This document shows positions 21,143-31,117 of a stretch of DNA of 64,000 nt, in pieces. The stretch is from positions 62,001 to 126,000 of the IMG/VR virus record IMGVR_UViG_3300022868_000009. One strand, 5' to 3'. A program made the translations under genes and the position numbers. The notes beneath the pieces were generated by a model, which saw nothing but the letters and a program-made list of their open reading frames with translations, was not told where the DNA came from and ran no database searches. Numbering within the stretch: the first letter of the stretch is position 1; each line of letters opens with the position of its first letter.

Positions 21143-21856
21143 ATGATCAAAAGTTTTAAAAATTATCTTCTTATAAAAGAGTCAAGTCAATATTCAAAAA
21201 TGATTGATTTCACTCTTGTAAAACTTGAATACAAAAAAGAAGAAATAATTAATACTTGTCTAGAAGCTATTGAAACAAAGCCATATTGTATTTGTATACT
21301 ACCAAAATACATAGATTTAGTTAAAAATTTAGTTGATGGTAAAGGAATTAAAATTGCAACTGTAATTGATTTTCCAGAAGGAAATGGAACATATACAGAA
21401 AAAATACGTCAAACAAAACAAGCAATTGATAAAGGGGTTGATGAATTAGAAATGGTAATTGATTATAATAAGATTCAAAAACTAGAAAACTTACCAGAAG
21501 AACAATATGATAAACTTTATGAAACAATAAAGAAACCTGTTAAAGAATTTGGTAATTTATGTATAAAAAATAATATAACTTCAAAAATTATAATTGAAAC
21601 AGGCATATTAACATTAGATCAAATTAAAATTGCTTTAAACATATTAATTGATTGTGATATTGATTATGTTATGACTTCAACTGGATTTGCTGAAACTGGG
21701 GCGGAAGAAAAAAAGGTTAAATTTATAAATGATATAATACCTCATAATTCTAAACTTAAAATTAAAGTGTCAGGTGGGATAAGAGAATCCAATGATATTA
21801 AAAAGTTCTACTCTAAAGGTGCAAGAAGATTTGGCACATCAGCTATAATTGGATAA
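21143..21856 (+). CDS. deoC: Deoxyribose-phosphate aldolase (paralogue 1)
   Basis: IDFTL, ATVIDFPEG, DELEMVID, KIIIETG, TSTGF, IKVSGGIR, RFGTS; note MTSTG where KTSTG is usual. Confidence 0.85.
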   Translation: MIKSFKNYLLIKESSQYSKMIDFTLVKLEYKKEEIINTCLEAIETKPYCICILPKYIDLVKNLVDGKGIKIATVIDFPEGNGTYTEKIRQTKQAIDKGVDELEMVIDYNKIQKLENLPEEQYDKLYETIKKPVKEFGNLCIKNNITSKIIIETGILTLDQIKIALNILIDCDIDYVMTSTGFAETGAEEKKVKFINDIIPHNSKLKIKVSGGIRESNDIKKFYSKGARRFGTSAIIG

Positions 21857-22020
21857 AATCCATATTTTAATATAAATATATAAAGAAAAGTATGATAATA
21901 TTGTGTTGGATGGAATAGTAGTATAGTCCCTATTACTTAGAATTTTGTCACATATAACATTCATACGATTTTGTTGGATTTTTACCAAAAAATATAGTAA
22001 AATCACAAGATTTCACAACA

Positions 22021-22049
22021 AAAAAGCCCCTTTTTTTAGGGGCTTTTTT
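22021..22049. terminator. Bidirectional intrinsic terminator
   Basis: AAAAAGCCCC-loop-GGGGCTTTTT between convergent genes. Confidence 0.85.
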
Positions 22050-22090
22050 ATTTCAAATATTCTATTGTTTTATTATTTTTTCACTTGTTA

Positions 22091-23020
22091 TTAAGTTATT
22101 ATATTCATCATAAACAAAATATATATTCCATTAGATAGGCTTCTTAAATCTAATTCTGAATCTCCATTTAAAACTAATTGTCCTGTTGAATTATAAAGAT
22201 TTGTTTTTACATTATTATCAGAAACTTTTACATAATCAGTTGTAGGGTTAGGATATACTGTTACATTTGATTCGATATTTTCAACTTCTATTTTTTCTGT
22301 AGTTAAATCATAAAGTGAAATAATTTCAGATTCATTAAGAACTTTATCATAGATTGTAATATCATCTAAAATACCATTAAGAAAGTTTGCATTACCAATT
22401 TTAAATATCTCGATATCATTGATTGTTGTACCAGTAAAAAGACCATCACTAGCACTAGTACTGTAAGATTCATGTAAAATTGTATTACCATCGAATAAAT
22501 ATAAATTATAAACATTATCAGAAGAAGAACAAGTAATAGAATAAAAGTACCATGAATCATTTTCTGAAAGTGTTATTTCACAGGATTTTCCTCCATATTG
22601 ATATCCATATGATTGAAGTCTTAACTTATTATGGTCGACAATCAATTCAATAAATTTGTAAGGACCAATACATCTCAATTTAAATACATTACCTTCAGTT
22701 GAATTGTCAATTTTAATCCATCCCGTTATACTAATAGAATCTAAATCCAAATTATTTAAGGTATATGGATCAATATCTATATCACCACCATTAAAAGAAT
22801 AAGCATCGTTATTTAACCCACTGTGTCCTACATCAGGTGTAATATTACCAAGTAAAATATCATCCATATCACCAACAAACCAATTTGATGTTTCATCCCA
22901 TACATATCCTTCTATGATATCGGTTTCGTAATTAAATTTCCATTCTGCAATGGGGTTAAGTTGTGAAATGCTTACCAAACAGAATATTGTCATTATCAAA
23001 GTTAAAAAGATTTTTTTCAT
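22091..23020 (-). CDS. Secreted LamG/concanavalin-like protein with T9SS C-terminal sorting domain (C-terminus frameshifted)
   Basis: Signal peptide; SITGWIK...GILDDITIYDKVLNESEI; VYPNPTTD...YNSTGQLV...LSNGIYIL; final KIIKQ* lies in another frame ending 22062. Confidence 0.75.
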   Translation of the reverse strand: MKKIFLTLIMTIFCLVSISQLNPIAEWKFNYETDIIEGYVWDETSNWFVGDMDDILLGNITPDVGHSGLNNDAYSFNGGDIDIDPYTLNNLDLDSISITGWIKIDNSTEGNVFKLRCIGPYKFIELIVDHNKLRLQSYGYQYGGKSCEITLSENDSWYFYSITCSSSDNVYNLYLFDGNTILHESYSTSASDGLFTGTTINDIEIFKIGNANFLNGILDDITIYDKVLNESEIISLYDLTTEKIEVENIESNVTVYPNPTTDYVKVSDNNVKTNLYNSTGQLVLNGDSELDLRSLSNGIYILFMMNIIT

Positions 23021-23149
23021 AATTTTAGTTTTTTGTAGTTAGTTAATATTTTATTTCTGATTCAGTTTAAATATACTACATTTTTTCAAGAATAAAAAAT
23101 TTAATGAAAAATATTAAACAACCCCCTCAACTATAATATATATTTTTAT

Positions 23150-23365
23150 ATGAATATAAAAAAGTTAGAACTTAGAAATTTTAAGTCTTTCGGTAACGCA
23201 ACTCAGGTTTTAGAATTTGATGATGATGGAAAACTTATTTTTCTCTCAGGAAAAAATGGATCGGGAAAGTGCGTTTCTCCTGATACTATATTAGAAATAG
23301 AAGTCGATGATGATATTAAACTTCAATTGATTGAATTTTTAGAAAAAAGAAATTTGCCGTTGTAG
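23150..23365 (+). CDS. gp46/SbcC ATPase N-extein (40 aa, to Walker A GKNGSGK) fused to 31-aa N-intein
   Basis: MNIKKLELRNFKSFGN...SGKNGSGK then CVSPDT (intein block A). Confidence 0.9.
   Translation: MNIKKLELRNFKSFGNATQVLEFDDDGKLIFLSGKNGSGKCVSPDTILEIEVDDDIKLQLIEFLEKRNLPL
23270..23362 (+). mobile_element. Split intein N-fragment (short, atypical)
   Basis: Cys1 start CVSPDTILEI directly after the Walker A lysine; ORF stops 31 aa later. Confidence 0.85.
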
Positions 23366-23385
23366 CCTAGTTAATATATAAAAAT

Positions 23386-24612
23386 ATGTTAACTAAAGAA
23401 AAATTAAACAATGACAATTTTTTCAAAAATTTTAAAGAATGTTATATCATACATCTTGTTGAAGAATATGGTGATCATTGTACAGACAAATTAAAAAATA
23501 AAATTAAACAAGATTTAAAAACCTGTTGCGAAAAAAATTCAATTAAAAGTCTACCCAATAGAAATAAAAACTACTGGTTAATTAGAGGATGGTCTATGGA
23601 AGAAACAACACTTAAAATAAACGATATTAATAATTTGAGAAAGAAAATTAAAATTACTATTTTAAATAAAGAATTTTGGATTGAAAAAGGTTTCACCGAA
23701 ATAGAATCTATCAAAAAAATCTCAAAAATTCAAAGTGAAAGATCCAAGAAAATGCATAAGAAAAGAAAAGAAAATCCAGAAAATTACAAACCAATACTAT
23801 CACCATTTACTGAAGAATTTTGGATTAAAAAGGGTATTACAAATAAAGAAGAAATTAATTTTAAAATAAAATCTCAAAGAAAACTTAATGTAGAATTTTG
23901 GTTAAATAGAGGACATAACACCAAAGAATCAATTAAATTAGTTAAAAATTATCAATCTGAAAATTCAAAAAAACGTCAAGATAAATGGAAAGATAAAAAA
24001 CATTTAGTTGATTATTTAAAACAATTTAACACAAATATAGAATTTTATTTAGATAAAGGTTTTTCTATAGAAAAAAGCCAAGAATTATTAAAAGAAAGAC
24101 AATCAACTTTCACTTTAGAAAAATGTATTATTAAACATGGATTTAAAAATGGTACTTTAATATTTAATAATAGACAAACAAAATGGAAAGAAAAAGTCTT
24201 TAATGAAAATACTTGTATTGCTAATGGTACGAGTATGATATCAGAAAAATATATACATTCTGTGATAAGCAAAATTAACAATGATAAAATTACAGATCTT
24301 TTCAAATATGGAAAAGACGAAAAATTTATTTATGATAATAAATTAAAAAAATGTTACAAATATGATTTAACTTATAAGAAAAAAATAGTGGAATTTCATG
24401 GTGATTTTTGGCATTGTAACCCAAAAATATATAATGAAAATGAAATACACAAAGTAATTAAATTAACAAGCAAAGAAATTTGGGCTAATGATAAAAGGAA
24501 AAAAGATTGTGCTGTTGAGAATAATTATGATATTTTTATAATTTGGGAAAGCGAATATTTACATGATCCTGTCAAAAGTATTGAAAATACAATAAAATTT
24601 TTAGAATTATGA
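23386..24612 (+). CDS. Free-standing Vsr-like homing endonuclease between the split-intein halves
   Basis: Repeated FWIxKG units; YKYDL...IVEFHGDFWHCNP...WANDKRK...IIWESE. Confidence 0.8.
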   Translation: MLTKEKLNNDNFFKNFKECYIIHLVEEYGDHCTDKLKNKIKQDLKTCCEKNSIKSLPNRNKNYWLIRGWSMEETTLKINDINNLRKKIKITILNKEFWIEKGFTEIESIKKISKIQSERSKKMHKKRKENPENYKPILSPFTEEFWIKKGITNKEEINFKIKSQRKLNVEFWLNRGHNTKESIKLVKNYQSENSKKRQDKWKDKKHLVDYLKQFNTNIEFYLDKGFSIEKSQELLKERQSTFTLEKCIIKHGFKNGTLIFNNRQTKWKEKVFNENTCIANGTSMISEKYIHSVISKINNDKITDLFKYGKDEKFIYDNKLKKCYKYDLTYKKKIVEFHGDFWHCNPKIYNENEIHKVIKLTSKEIWANDKRKKDCAVENNYDIFIIWESEYLHDPVKSIENTIKFLEL

Positions 24613-24971
24613 AAATTACAATAAAAGATTTATATGATTTTAACTTAGAAACTGACTTAATAAATAAAGGTAAATTTAAAGTTAAAACTAAGAATGGTTT
24701 TAAAAAAATTGATGCAATTGATATAACTGACATTAGTTCAAAAATTGTGATAAATACAAAAAGTGATAAAATTAAAACATCACCAGATCATCTTTTATCA
24801 AAATTTGACGATTGGATATTTGTCAAAAATTTAAAAATTGGTGATTATATTGATTGTATTAATGGTCCCGAACAAATTACCAATATTGAAATTGATGAAA
24901 TAGTAGAAGAATTATATGATATTCAAGTTGATGGAGAAGAATATTTTGCAAATAACTTTAGAACTCATAAT
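24609..24971 (+). mobile_element. Split intein C-fragment (long)
   Basis: Ends His-Asn at 24971 followed by Ser+1; splicing restores GKNGSGKSS. Confidence 0.85.
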
Positions 24972-26576
24972 TCATCTTTACGACAATGTATAGACTTTGC
25001 ACTATTCCATAAAGTTAGAGGTAAAACAAAAAAAGTTCTTTCAGTTAAGAAACTACCAAATAGACACAATAAAAGTCTTTATGTTGGATTATGGTTTGAT
25101 AATTATAAAGGTGATGAAATAGTTATTAAAAAATATCTAGAACCACAAAAATTCGAAATGACAATAAATGAAGAACCATTTGAGAAAAAATTCTCTAAAA
25201 TGACTGATCCTGAAAAAGAAAATCTACTAGGATTTAGTTATAACATATTTCAAAACTTCATATCAATGTCACTTAATAACTTCAAAAATTTTGTATCATT
25301 ATCTAAAGATGATAAAGAAACAGTCCTAAATAAATTATTTAATTTAGAAGAACTAAATTCACTACAAAATATAACAAAACAACTAAAAAAAGACTTACAA
25401 AAGAACAGATCTAGTGTTTATGAAGAATTGCAAGAGAAAAAGACAAGAATAGATGAATTAAATAATATTATATCAAAATTAAACTCTAATAATAGTATAA
25501 ATAAAGTAGAAAGAATCAAAGAGATTAATATCAAATTAGTTGAATATAAAAACAGAAGTGGTATATTAACCAATAAGAATATCGAAATTAGTAAAGAAAT
25601 TGAAGTTTATAATCAAAAATTAATGAAATTTGCTAGTAATAAAACACAAGGAGATAGAATGATTACAACAAACGAACTTAAAATTGAAAACATAGAAGAA
25701 AAATTAGATGCTTTCAATAAAGGAATATGTCCTATATGTGATAGTAATTTAAATACTAATAAACATAAATCAAAAATTGGTGAATTTAGTACAACTGTAA
25801 AAAAATTAAATGAAAAAAACGAAGAAGTTGAAGAACAATTAATAAAAGTAGTAACACTTGATACAAAATATAGAAATAAAAAGAGTACTTTGTATAATGA
25901 ATTAAGTAAGAATAAACAAGAACTTGATTTAATCAAAGAAAATTTTACTAAATTTAAATTAGAAAAATCTTCATTAAAACAACAAAACTTTGATTCTATT
26001 GATGAATTAAACAAAGAAAAAGAGCTACACAAAAAAAGAGTTAATTCATTATTACCTAATTTTAATAAATATAAAGATAAAGAACCAATTTATGATGAAC
26101 TAATTAATATATTTTCAGGTGATGTTATTAGAAATAATATTATTAAAAATATATTAAAATCAGTTAATTATTATCTTCAAGATTTTTTAACCAAATTAGA
26201 ATATCCATATGACGTTGAATTGGACATGAATTTCAATGCCATAATTAAAGAAAAAGAAAAAATCGACCCTGAAACATTATCTGGAGGAGAAGATAAAAAA
26301 ATTAATGTTGCTATTGCTTTATCATATTTGTGTTTAATACTTGATGTTAAACATAGTAATTTATTATTTTTAGATGAAATATTTGATTCAATTGACATTG
26401 AAAGTGTAGACTTATTATTGAACTTACTTAAAGAAATATCAGAAAAATATAAAATCAATATTATCATTGTTCACCATAATGATGTTAATTTACAACATTT
26501 TGATAGAATAATTAGAACTAAAAAAGATTTATTTAGTGATATTGAAGAAATTGATTTAGTAAATGAGAAGAATTAA
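24609..26576 (+). CDS. C-intein (121 aa) fused to gp46/SbcC C-extein (recombination endonuclease ATPase)
   Basis: TSPDH (block B), YDIQVD...THN then S (blocks F/G); coiled coil with CPIC hook, LSGGE signature, LFLDEIFD Walker B. Confidence 0.9.
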   Translation: MKITIKDLYDFNLETDLINKGKFKVKTKNGFKKIDAIDITDISSKIVINTKSDKIKTSPDHLLSKFDDWIFVKNLKIGDYIDCINGPEQITNIEIDEIVEELYDIQVDGEEYFANNFRTHNSSLRQCIDFALFHKVRGKTKKVLSVKKLPNRHNKSLYVGLWFDNYKGDEIVIKKYLEPQKFEMTINEEPFEKKFSKMTDPEKENLLGFSYNIFQNFISMSLNNFKNFVSLSKDDKETVLNKLFNLEELNSLQNITKQLKKDLQKNRSSVYEELQEKKTRIDELNNIISKLNSNNSINKVERIKEINIKLVEYKNRSGILTNKNIEISKEIEVYNQKLMKFASNKTQGDRMITTNELKIENIEEKLDAFNKGICPICDSNLNTNKHKSKIGEFSTTVKKLNEKNEEVEEQLIKVVTLDTKYRNKKSTLYNELSKNKQELDLIKENFTKFKLEKSSLKQQNFDSIDELNKEKELHKKRVNSLLPNFNKYKDKEPIYDELINIFSGDVIRNNIIKNILKSVNYYLQDFLTKLEYPYDVELDMNFNAIIKEKEKIDPETLSGGEDKKINVAIALSYLCLILDVKHSNLLFLDEIFDSIDIESVDLLLNLLKEISEKYKINIIIVHHNDVNLQHFDRIIRTKKDLFSDIEEIDLVNEKN

Positions 26577-27045
26577 TATTATAGTAGCAATTGGTCAGAA
26601 CAATGAAATTGGTTGTAATAATAAATTGCCTTGGAATATACCAGAAGATTTAAAAAGATTCAAAGAATTAACATTAAATCATCCTGTTATAATGGGAAGA
26701 AAAACCTTTGAAAGTATTGGCAAACCATTATCAAACAGATTAAATATTGTTATTAGTAATAATGATAATTTCTCAAGTAAAGGTATAATTAAAATGAATT
26801 CTCTTACTAATGCTTTAAAATATATACATCAAGAGGAAGTTTTTATAATTGGTGGTGCTCAAATATATGAACAATCTATATATTTAGCTGATAAACTATA
26901 TATAACAAGAATATTTGATACATTTGAAGCTGATACATATTTTCCAAAAATAGATTTAAAATACTGGAAACTAGAACAAATTGAAAGCAACACTAATAAA
27001 TCTACGTTATCTTACACATTTGAAAATTACATAAGAAAATATTAA
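26563..27045 (+). CDS. folA: Dihydrofolate reductase
   Basis: IG..NKLPWNIPEDLKRFK, VIMGRKTFESIGKPL..RLNIV, IIGGAQIY, ADTYFP. Confidence 0.95.
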   Translation: MRRINIIVAIGQNNEIGCNNKLPWNIPEDLKRFKELTLNHPVIMGRKTFESIGKPLSNRLNIVISNNDNFSSKGIIKMNSLTNALKYIHQEEVFIIGGAQIYEQSIYLADKLYITRIFDTFEADTYFPKIDLKYWKLEQIESNTNKSTLSYTFENYIRKY

Positions 27046-27072
27046 TATATATTATTACTAATATTATTATTT

Positions 27073-28122
27073 ATGAAAGAAATTGATGTTATAGATAAGT
27101 TTTACAGAAATTTACCAACCCCTACTTCTATGTGGAAGTATGTTAATGGTTCATTCATATTGATTAATTTCAATAATGAATTAGAATCTATAACCAACAA
27201 TAATATTGAAAATTATTTAGGTCAAGCATCTTATTCTATTTATGATGATGCTGAAATAACAGAACAAATGAATATTTGTTATAATACCAAAGAAGTTGTA
27301 AAAAAAGACTATATACTTGACGATAAAACAATAAGAACAACATATGTTTTTGTTGAGCCAGATTATTTAATTGTTCAATCAGAAGATATTACCAATCAAA
27401 AATCTTTAATAAAAAAATTCAAAAACTTAAATGAGGAATACATGGCTCAAAACGAAGAATTAAATCAATTTGCATATTTAGCTTCACATGATTTACAAGA
27501 ACCATTAAGAACAATTAGTGGTTTTATTTCACTTTTAAAAGTAAGTTATAAAAATGATTTAGATGAAAAATCTGAAAAATATATGGAATATATAGAAAGT
27601 GCTATTGATAGAATGCAGAATATGATTGATGATATTTTAAATTATTCTAAATTAAAGAATGGTATTGAAGATTTAGATGAAGTAAATTTAAAAGAATTAA
27701 TACATGAAATATATTTAGATTTGAAGAGTTTGGTTGATGATGGAGAATTAACATTAATAACAGAAAATTTACCAACCATTAGAGCTGATAAAAATTTAAT
27801 GTATAGTTTATTTCAAAATTTAATAACAAATGCTGTAAAATATAGAAGTGAAGAATTACCGATAATTGAAATAGATTGGGATGAGAATGAGAATTATTAT
27901 AAATTTACAGTTAAAGACAATGGAATAGGAATTGAAAAAGAATATAAAAATAAAATATTTGATGTTTTTTACAGATTGCATAGCAAATCAAAATATGAAG
28001 GTACGGGCATTGGTTTATCAATTTGTAAAAAGATCATAGAATTACATAAAGGTAAAATTTGGGTTGATTCAGTATTAGGTATAGGTAGTACGTTTAACTT
28101 TACTTTAAAAAAAACAAGATAA
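27073..28122 (+). CDS. Cytoplasmic sensor histidine kinase (Cph1-like transmitter, PAS-like N-terminus)
   Basis: FAYLASHDLQEPLR H-box; FQNLITNAVKY, VKDNGIGI, GTGIGL, GSTF. Confidence 0.92.
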   Translation: MKEIDVIDKFYRNLPTPTSMWKYVNGSFILINFNNELESITNNNIENYLGQASYSIYDDAEITEQMNICYNTKEVVKKDYILDDKTIRTTYVFVEPDYLIVQSEDITNQKSLIKKFKNLNEEYMAQNEELNQFAYLASHDLQEPLRTISGFISLLKVSYKNDLDEKSEKYMEYIESAIDRMQNMIDDILNYSKLKNGIEDLDEVNLKELIHEIYLDLKSLVDDGELTLITENLPTIRADKNLMYSLFQNLITNAVKYRSEELPIIEIDWDENENYYKFTVKDNGIGIEKEYKNKIFDVFYRLHSKSKYEGTGIGLSICKKIIELHKGKIWVDSVLGIGSTFNFTLKKTR

Positions 28123-28125
28123 AGT

Positions 28126-28494
28126 ATGAAAATACTAATGATTGAAGACAGTGAACCTGATAGAGTATTAATCAAAGAATCATTTGACAATTGCACTTAT
28201 TATACTATATTAGATTATGCAGAAGATGCAAGTGAAGCTTTAAATTATTTATCTAAAACAATACCAGATTTAATTTTATTGGATTTAAACCTTCCGAAGG
28301 TTTCTGGATTTGATTTATTAGAAAAATTGAAAAAAAACCCAAAATATAAAGAAATACCTGTAATAATATTAACTGCTTCGAATAATGTACAATATGTGAA
28401 AATGGCATATAAATTATATGCAAATTCTTATATTACAAAACCTATGGATGCAGAGAATTTCTTAAGATATTGGTTTGAGGTTGTAGAATTATAA
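28126..28494 (+). CDS. Single-domain response regulator (Rcp1-like)
   Basis: ILMIEDS, PDLILLDLNLPKVSG, IPVIILT, ANSYITKP. Confidence 0.9.
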   Translation: MKILMIEDSEPDRVLIKESFDNCTYYTILDYAEDASEALNYLSKTIPDLILLDLNLPKVSGFDLLEKLKKNPKYKEIPVIILTASNNVQYVKMAYKLYANSYITKPMDAENFLRYWFEVVEL

Positions 28495-28536
28495 TTTATA
28501 ATTTAATATATAATTGCATAAAATTAATTTATATTT

Positions 28537-29235
28537 ATGAATAAATTCATAGAATTCATTATTGAAAAATGGGAAATCTTTCCTTTATGGTTAAAGTGGG
28601 TACTTGGAATTCTAACAACATTAATAACATTCGGGTTAGTTATTAAATATACTTATCCTATAATTAAAGATATAAGAAATTCTAAAAAGAAATCAGAGTC
28701 TTTAGACAAAGGAATGTTATTGAATCATGATTTTTTTCTTGATTTAGATAAAATGTTGAATTATGATATTAAAAATATGAATTTTGGTAGTGAAGGTAAA
28801 AACTATATAGCAAAACTTTTACTTAAAACCAAAATTAATACTTTTATAAAAAAGACACAAAAATTCATTAAAAATACAAATTTTAAAATATCTGTAAATG
28901 ATTGTAAAAAATTAATTTTAAATAATATTTATGAATGCATCAGTGAGTATGAAATTAAATTTATGTCTCATGCTTACACAAATGAAGAAAAGGAAATATT
29001 TAATATTATTTTAAAAAAATTCAACGAAAACCATCTAAAAAACGAAGATCTTATAATAACATCTATCAACGATAGATTTGATTCTGATGTATATCAAAAC
29101 ATACACGCTAGATTATGTTATTCATTAGACATGATGGCTATTCCATTTGATTTTTTAATACAAGAAGTGGAATCTGTTTTCATCGAAATGAATGGTGATT
29201 TAGAAGGTAAAAAAATACATAATAGACTAATATGA
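28537..29235 (+). CDS. Membrane-anchored hypothetical protein
   Basis: Single N-terminal hydrophobic helix WVLGILTTLITFGLVI. Confidence 0.6.
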   Translation: MNKFIEFIIEKWEIFPLWLKWVLGILTTLITFGLVIKYTYPIIKDIRNSKKKSESLDKGMLLNHDFFLDLDKMLNYDIKNMNFGSEGKNYIAKLLLKTKINTFIKKTQKFIKNTNFKISVNDCKKLILNNIYECISEYEIKFMSHAYTNEEKEIFNIILKKFNENHLKNEDLIITSINDRFDSDVYQNIHARLCYSLDMMAIPFDFLIQEVESVFIEMNGDLEGKKIHNRLI

Positions 29236-29591
29236 AAAAAATTCTATTAATAGATGATCATAACTACATGTATGATTTAGTCGCAGGAATATTAAAAGAG
29301 TATAATATTTCTTATGTTGATAATGTTGATGATGCTTTATTAACACTTAATAATGAAACATTTGATTTAGTGATTGTAGATTTAATGATGCCTAAGAAAA
29401 GTGGTTTCAGTTTACTACCATTATTGAAAAATAAAAATATTCCTAATATCACATTAAGTAATGTTAAGAATAAGCGAATTAGTAGGGATATATTAAAAAT
29501 GACAGATGCTTACATTAATAAAGGGGAAATTGATCATCTCAAATCAACTGCAATTAAAATATTAAATGGTATTGAAATAGAAAAAGTCTAA
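29232..29591 (+). CDS. Single-domain response regulator
   Basis: ILLIDD, FDLVIVDLMMPKKSG, DAYINK. Confidence 0.85.
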   Translation: MKKILLIDDHNYMYDLVAGILKEYNISYVDNVDDALLTLNNETFDLVIVDLMMPKKSGFSLLPLLKNKNIPNITLSNVKNKRISRDILKMTDAYINKGEIDHLKSTAIKILNGIEIEKV

Positions 29592-29956
29592 GGATCAACT
29601 ATTTCTTCATTTTTAACAATTACTGGTTCTTCAACCGGTTTTTCAATCGGTATTTCGGGTTCTTTCTTATTTTCTGCCGTATTTTGTTTAGTTTCGTGAT
29701 ATTTATTTATTCCAAGTAAAGTTAATTGGTGAGTTAAAAGCGAACCAAAAACAATTATTATTTCACTTGACAATATATATTTACCAGTAGATAATATAGA
29801 TGTAATGGCTGTGTAAATTTCTATCCCTAAAAATACAAAACAAAATAAAGATATAAAGAAAGTTATAATATATGCAATTAATCTTGTAGAACTTTCTTTT
29901 CCACCCTTTGGTGAGTTAATTGATGATCTAATTAATGATAAAAATCTTTTAAACAT
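29588..29956 (-). CDS. Two-TM membrane protein, holin-like
   Basis: ESSTRL followed by two hydrophobic helices and a charged tail. Confidence 0.45.
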   Translation of the reverse strand: MFKRFLSLIRSSINSPKGGKESSTRLIAYIITFFISLFCFVFLGIEIYTAITSILSTGKYILSSEIIIVFGSLLTHQLTLLGINKYHETKQNTAENKKEPEIPIEKPVEEPVIVKNEEIVDP

Positions 29957-29968
29957 AATATCTTTTTT

Positions 29969-30550
29969 TTAACTATCATATACTTGTTGTGTATGTGAAT
30001 TCTTTGCACTATAAATATATTCGTGGTCATAAGTTGGATTTACTCCAAACCTTTTAAATGTTATATAAATATCTTCTAAACACTCCATATCAGCACCACC
30101 TACTAATGTAACATTTTTTCCAATTAATCTTCTTATTAATAATACAAGTTCATTATTAACAAAAAACCATTTATGATTATGTTTATCATTATAAATTATA
30201 TATGTATCTGTATCACCAATTTTAAATAATTTACCTGGTCCAAAATCTTTTTGTTGTTTAACAGTCTCTACGTGCTTTAAAAGTTCATCATCAAACCATT
30301 TATGTCCAAATCTTTTTGGAATATTTTCACTGTTTCCATTTTTATTTTTAAACGTATAAAGTGGTTTTAAAGGAACTTTATTAGTGTCATATATCTGATA
30401 AACTTGATTAAATTCTTTTGCATAATCTTGCAACTTTGATACAAATCCCTGTGGAATATGTTTTGAAAATTCCTGTTGAACATCAACAATCACTAAAATA
30501 TCATTATTTATAATTTGTGATTCTATTAAGTTACTAAACTTCTTTATCAT
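29969..30550 (-). CDS. Isochorismatase/cysteine hydrolase family protein (nicotinamidase-like fold)
   Basis: ILVIVDVQQEF, KWFF, VTLVGGADMECL (D/K/C triad pattern). Confidence 0.6.
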   Translation of the reverse strand: MIKKFSNLIESQIINNDILVIVDVQQEFSKHIPQGFVSKLQDYAKEFNQVYQIYDTNKVPLKPLYTFKNKNGNSENIPKRFGHKWFDDELLKHVETVKQQKDFGPGKLFKIGDTDTYIIYNDKHNHKWFFVNNELVLLIRRLIGKNVTLVGGADMECLEDIYITFKRFGVNPTYDHEYIYSAKNSHTQQVYDS

Positions 30551-30788
30551 CTAAAATGTCTTTAATTTCTTTTAAAACAACTTTATGATTTTCATCTAAT
30601 TTAGATTCATCTAATTTTTCGATTTCCTCTAACCATATCCAAACTAATTGTTCAGGAGTCAAATCTTCAAATTCAATATCGTAGTCTTCAACATGTTTAA
30701 TTGCAAGACCAATACTCTCATAAATAACATAATCAACATCATCATATGATTCTATAACAATTCCATATTTATTATGTTTTTCTTCCAT
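30534..30788 (-). CDS. Hypothetical protein
   Basis: Acidic ORF; start moved to MEEKHNK. Confidence 0.5.
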   Translation of the reverse strand: MEEKHNKYGIVIESYDDVDYVIYESIGLAIKHVEDYDIEFEDLTPEQLVWIWLEEIEKLDESKLDENHKVVLKEIKDILDDKEV

Positions 30789-30880
30789 ACAAATATATAT
30801 AAAATAAAAATTCTTATGAATTTTAGAAAATTTTGACTTTATTATATTTATATATAAATATAAATAAATATAAATATAAT

Positions 30881-31117
30881 ATGAAAAAACAAAAAACATT
30901 TACAATTGATATGGATATTTGGGAAAAATTTAATGAAATAAGCAAACAAAAATCTATCAATAAATCTTTATTAATAGAAAATCATTTAAGAGATATCATT
31001 TATTTAAACGAAAACCCAAAACATTTTATTATCGTTGGAGATGAAATAAAATTATTAAAATATTCATTAAATGAAAATGAAATTTATATATTAGACGCAA
31101 AACCAAATATAAAATAA
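30881..31117 (+). CDS. Ribbon-helix-helix DNA-binding protein upstream of endonuclease
   Basis: MKKQKTFTID...F...SKQKSINKSLLIE. Confidence 0.6.
   Translation: MKKQKTFTIDMDIWEKFNEISKQKSINKSLLIENHLRDIIYLNENPKHFIIVGDEIKLLKYSLNENEIYILDAKPNIK

Noticed and set aside
21860-22020. Possible small structured RNA downstream of deoC
   Set aside because: Only AT-rich imperfect stems, not distinguishable from chance by eye.
23366-24608. Group I intron explaining the gp46 interruption
   Set aside because: The flanks are only ~20 nt and 0 nt, leaving no room for an intron core; intein motifs on both halves explain the split.
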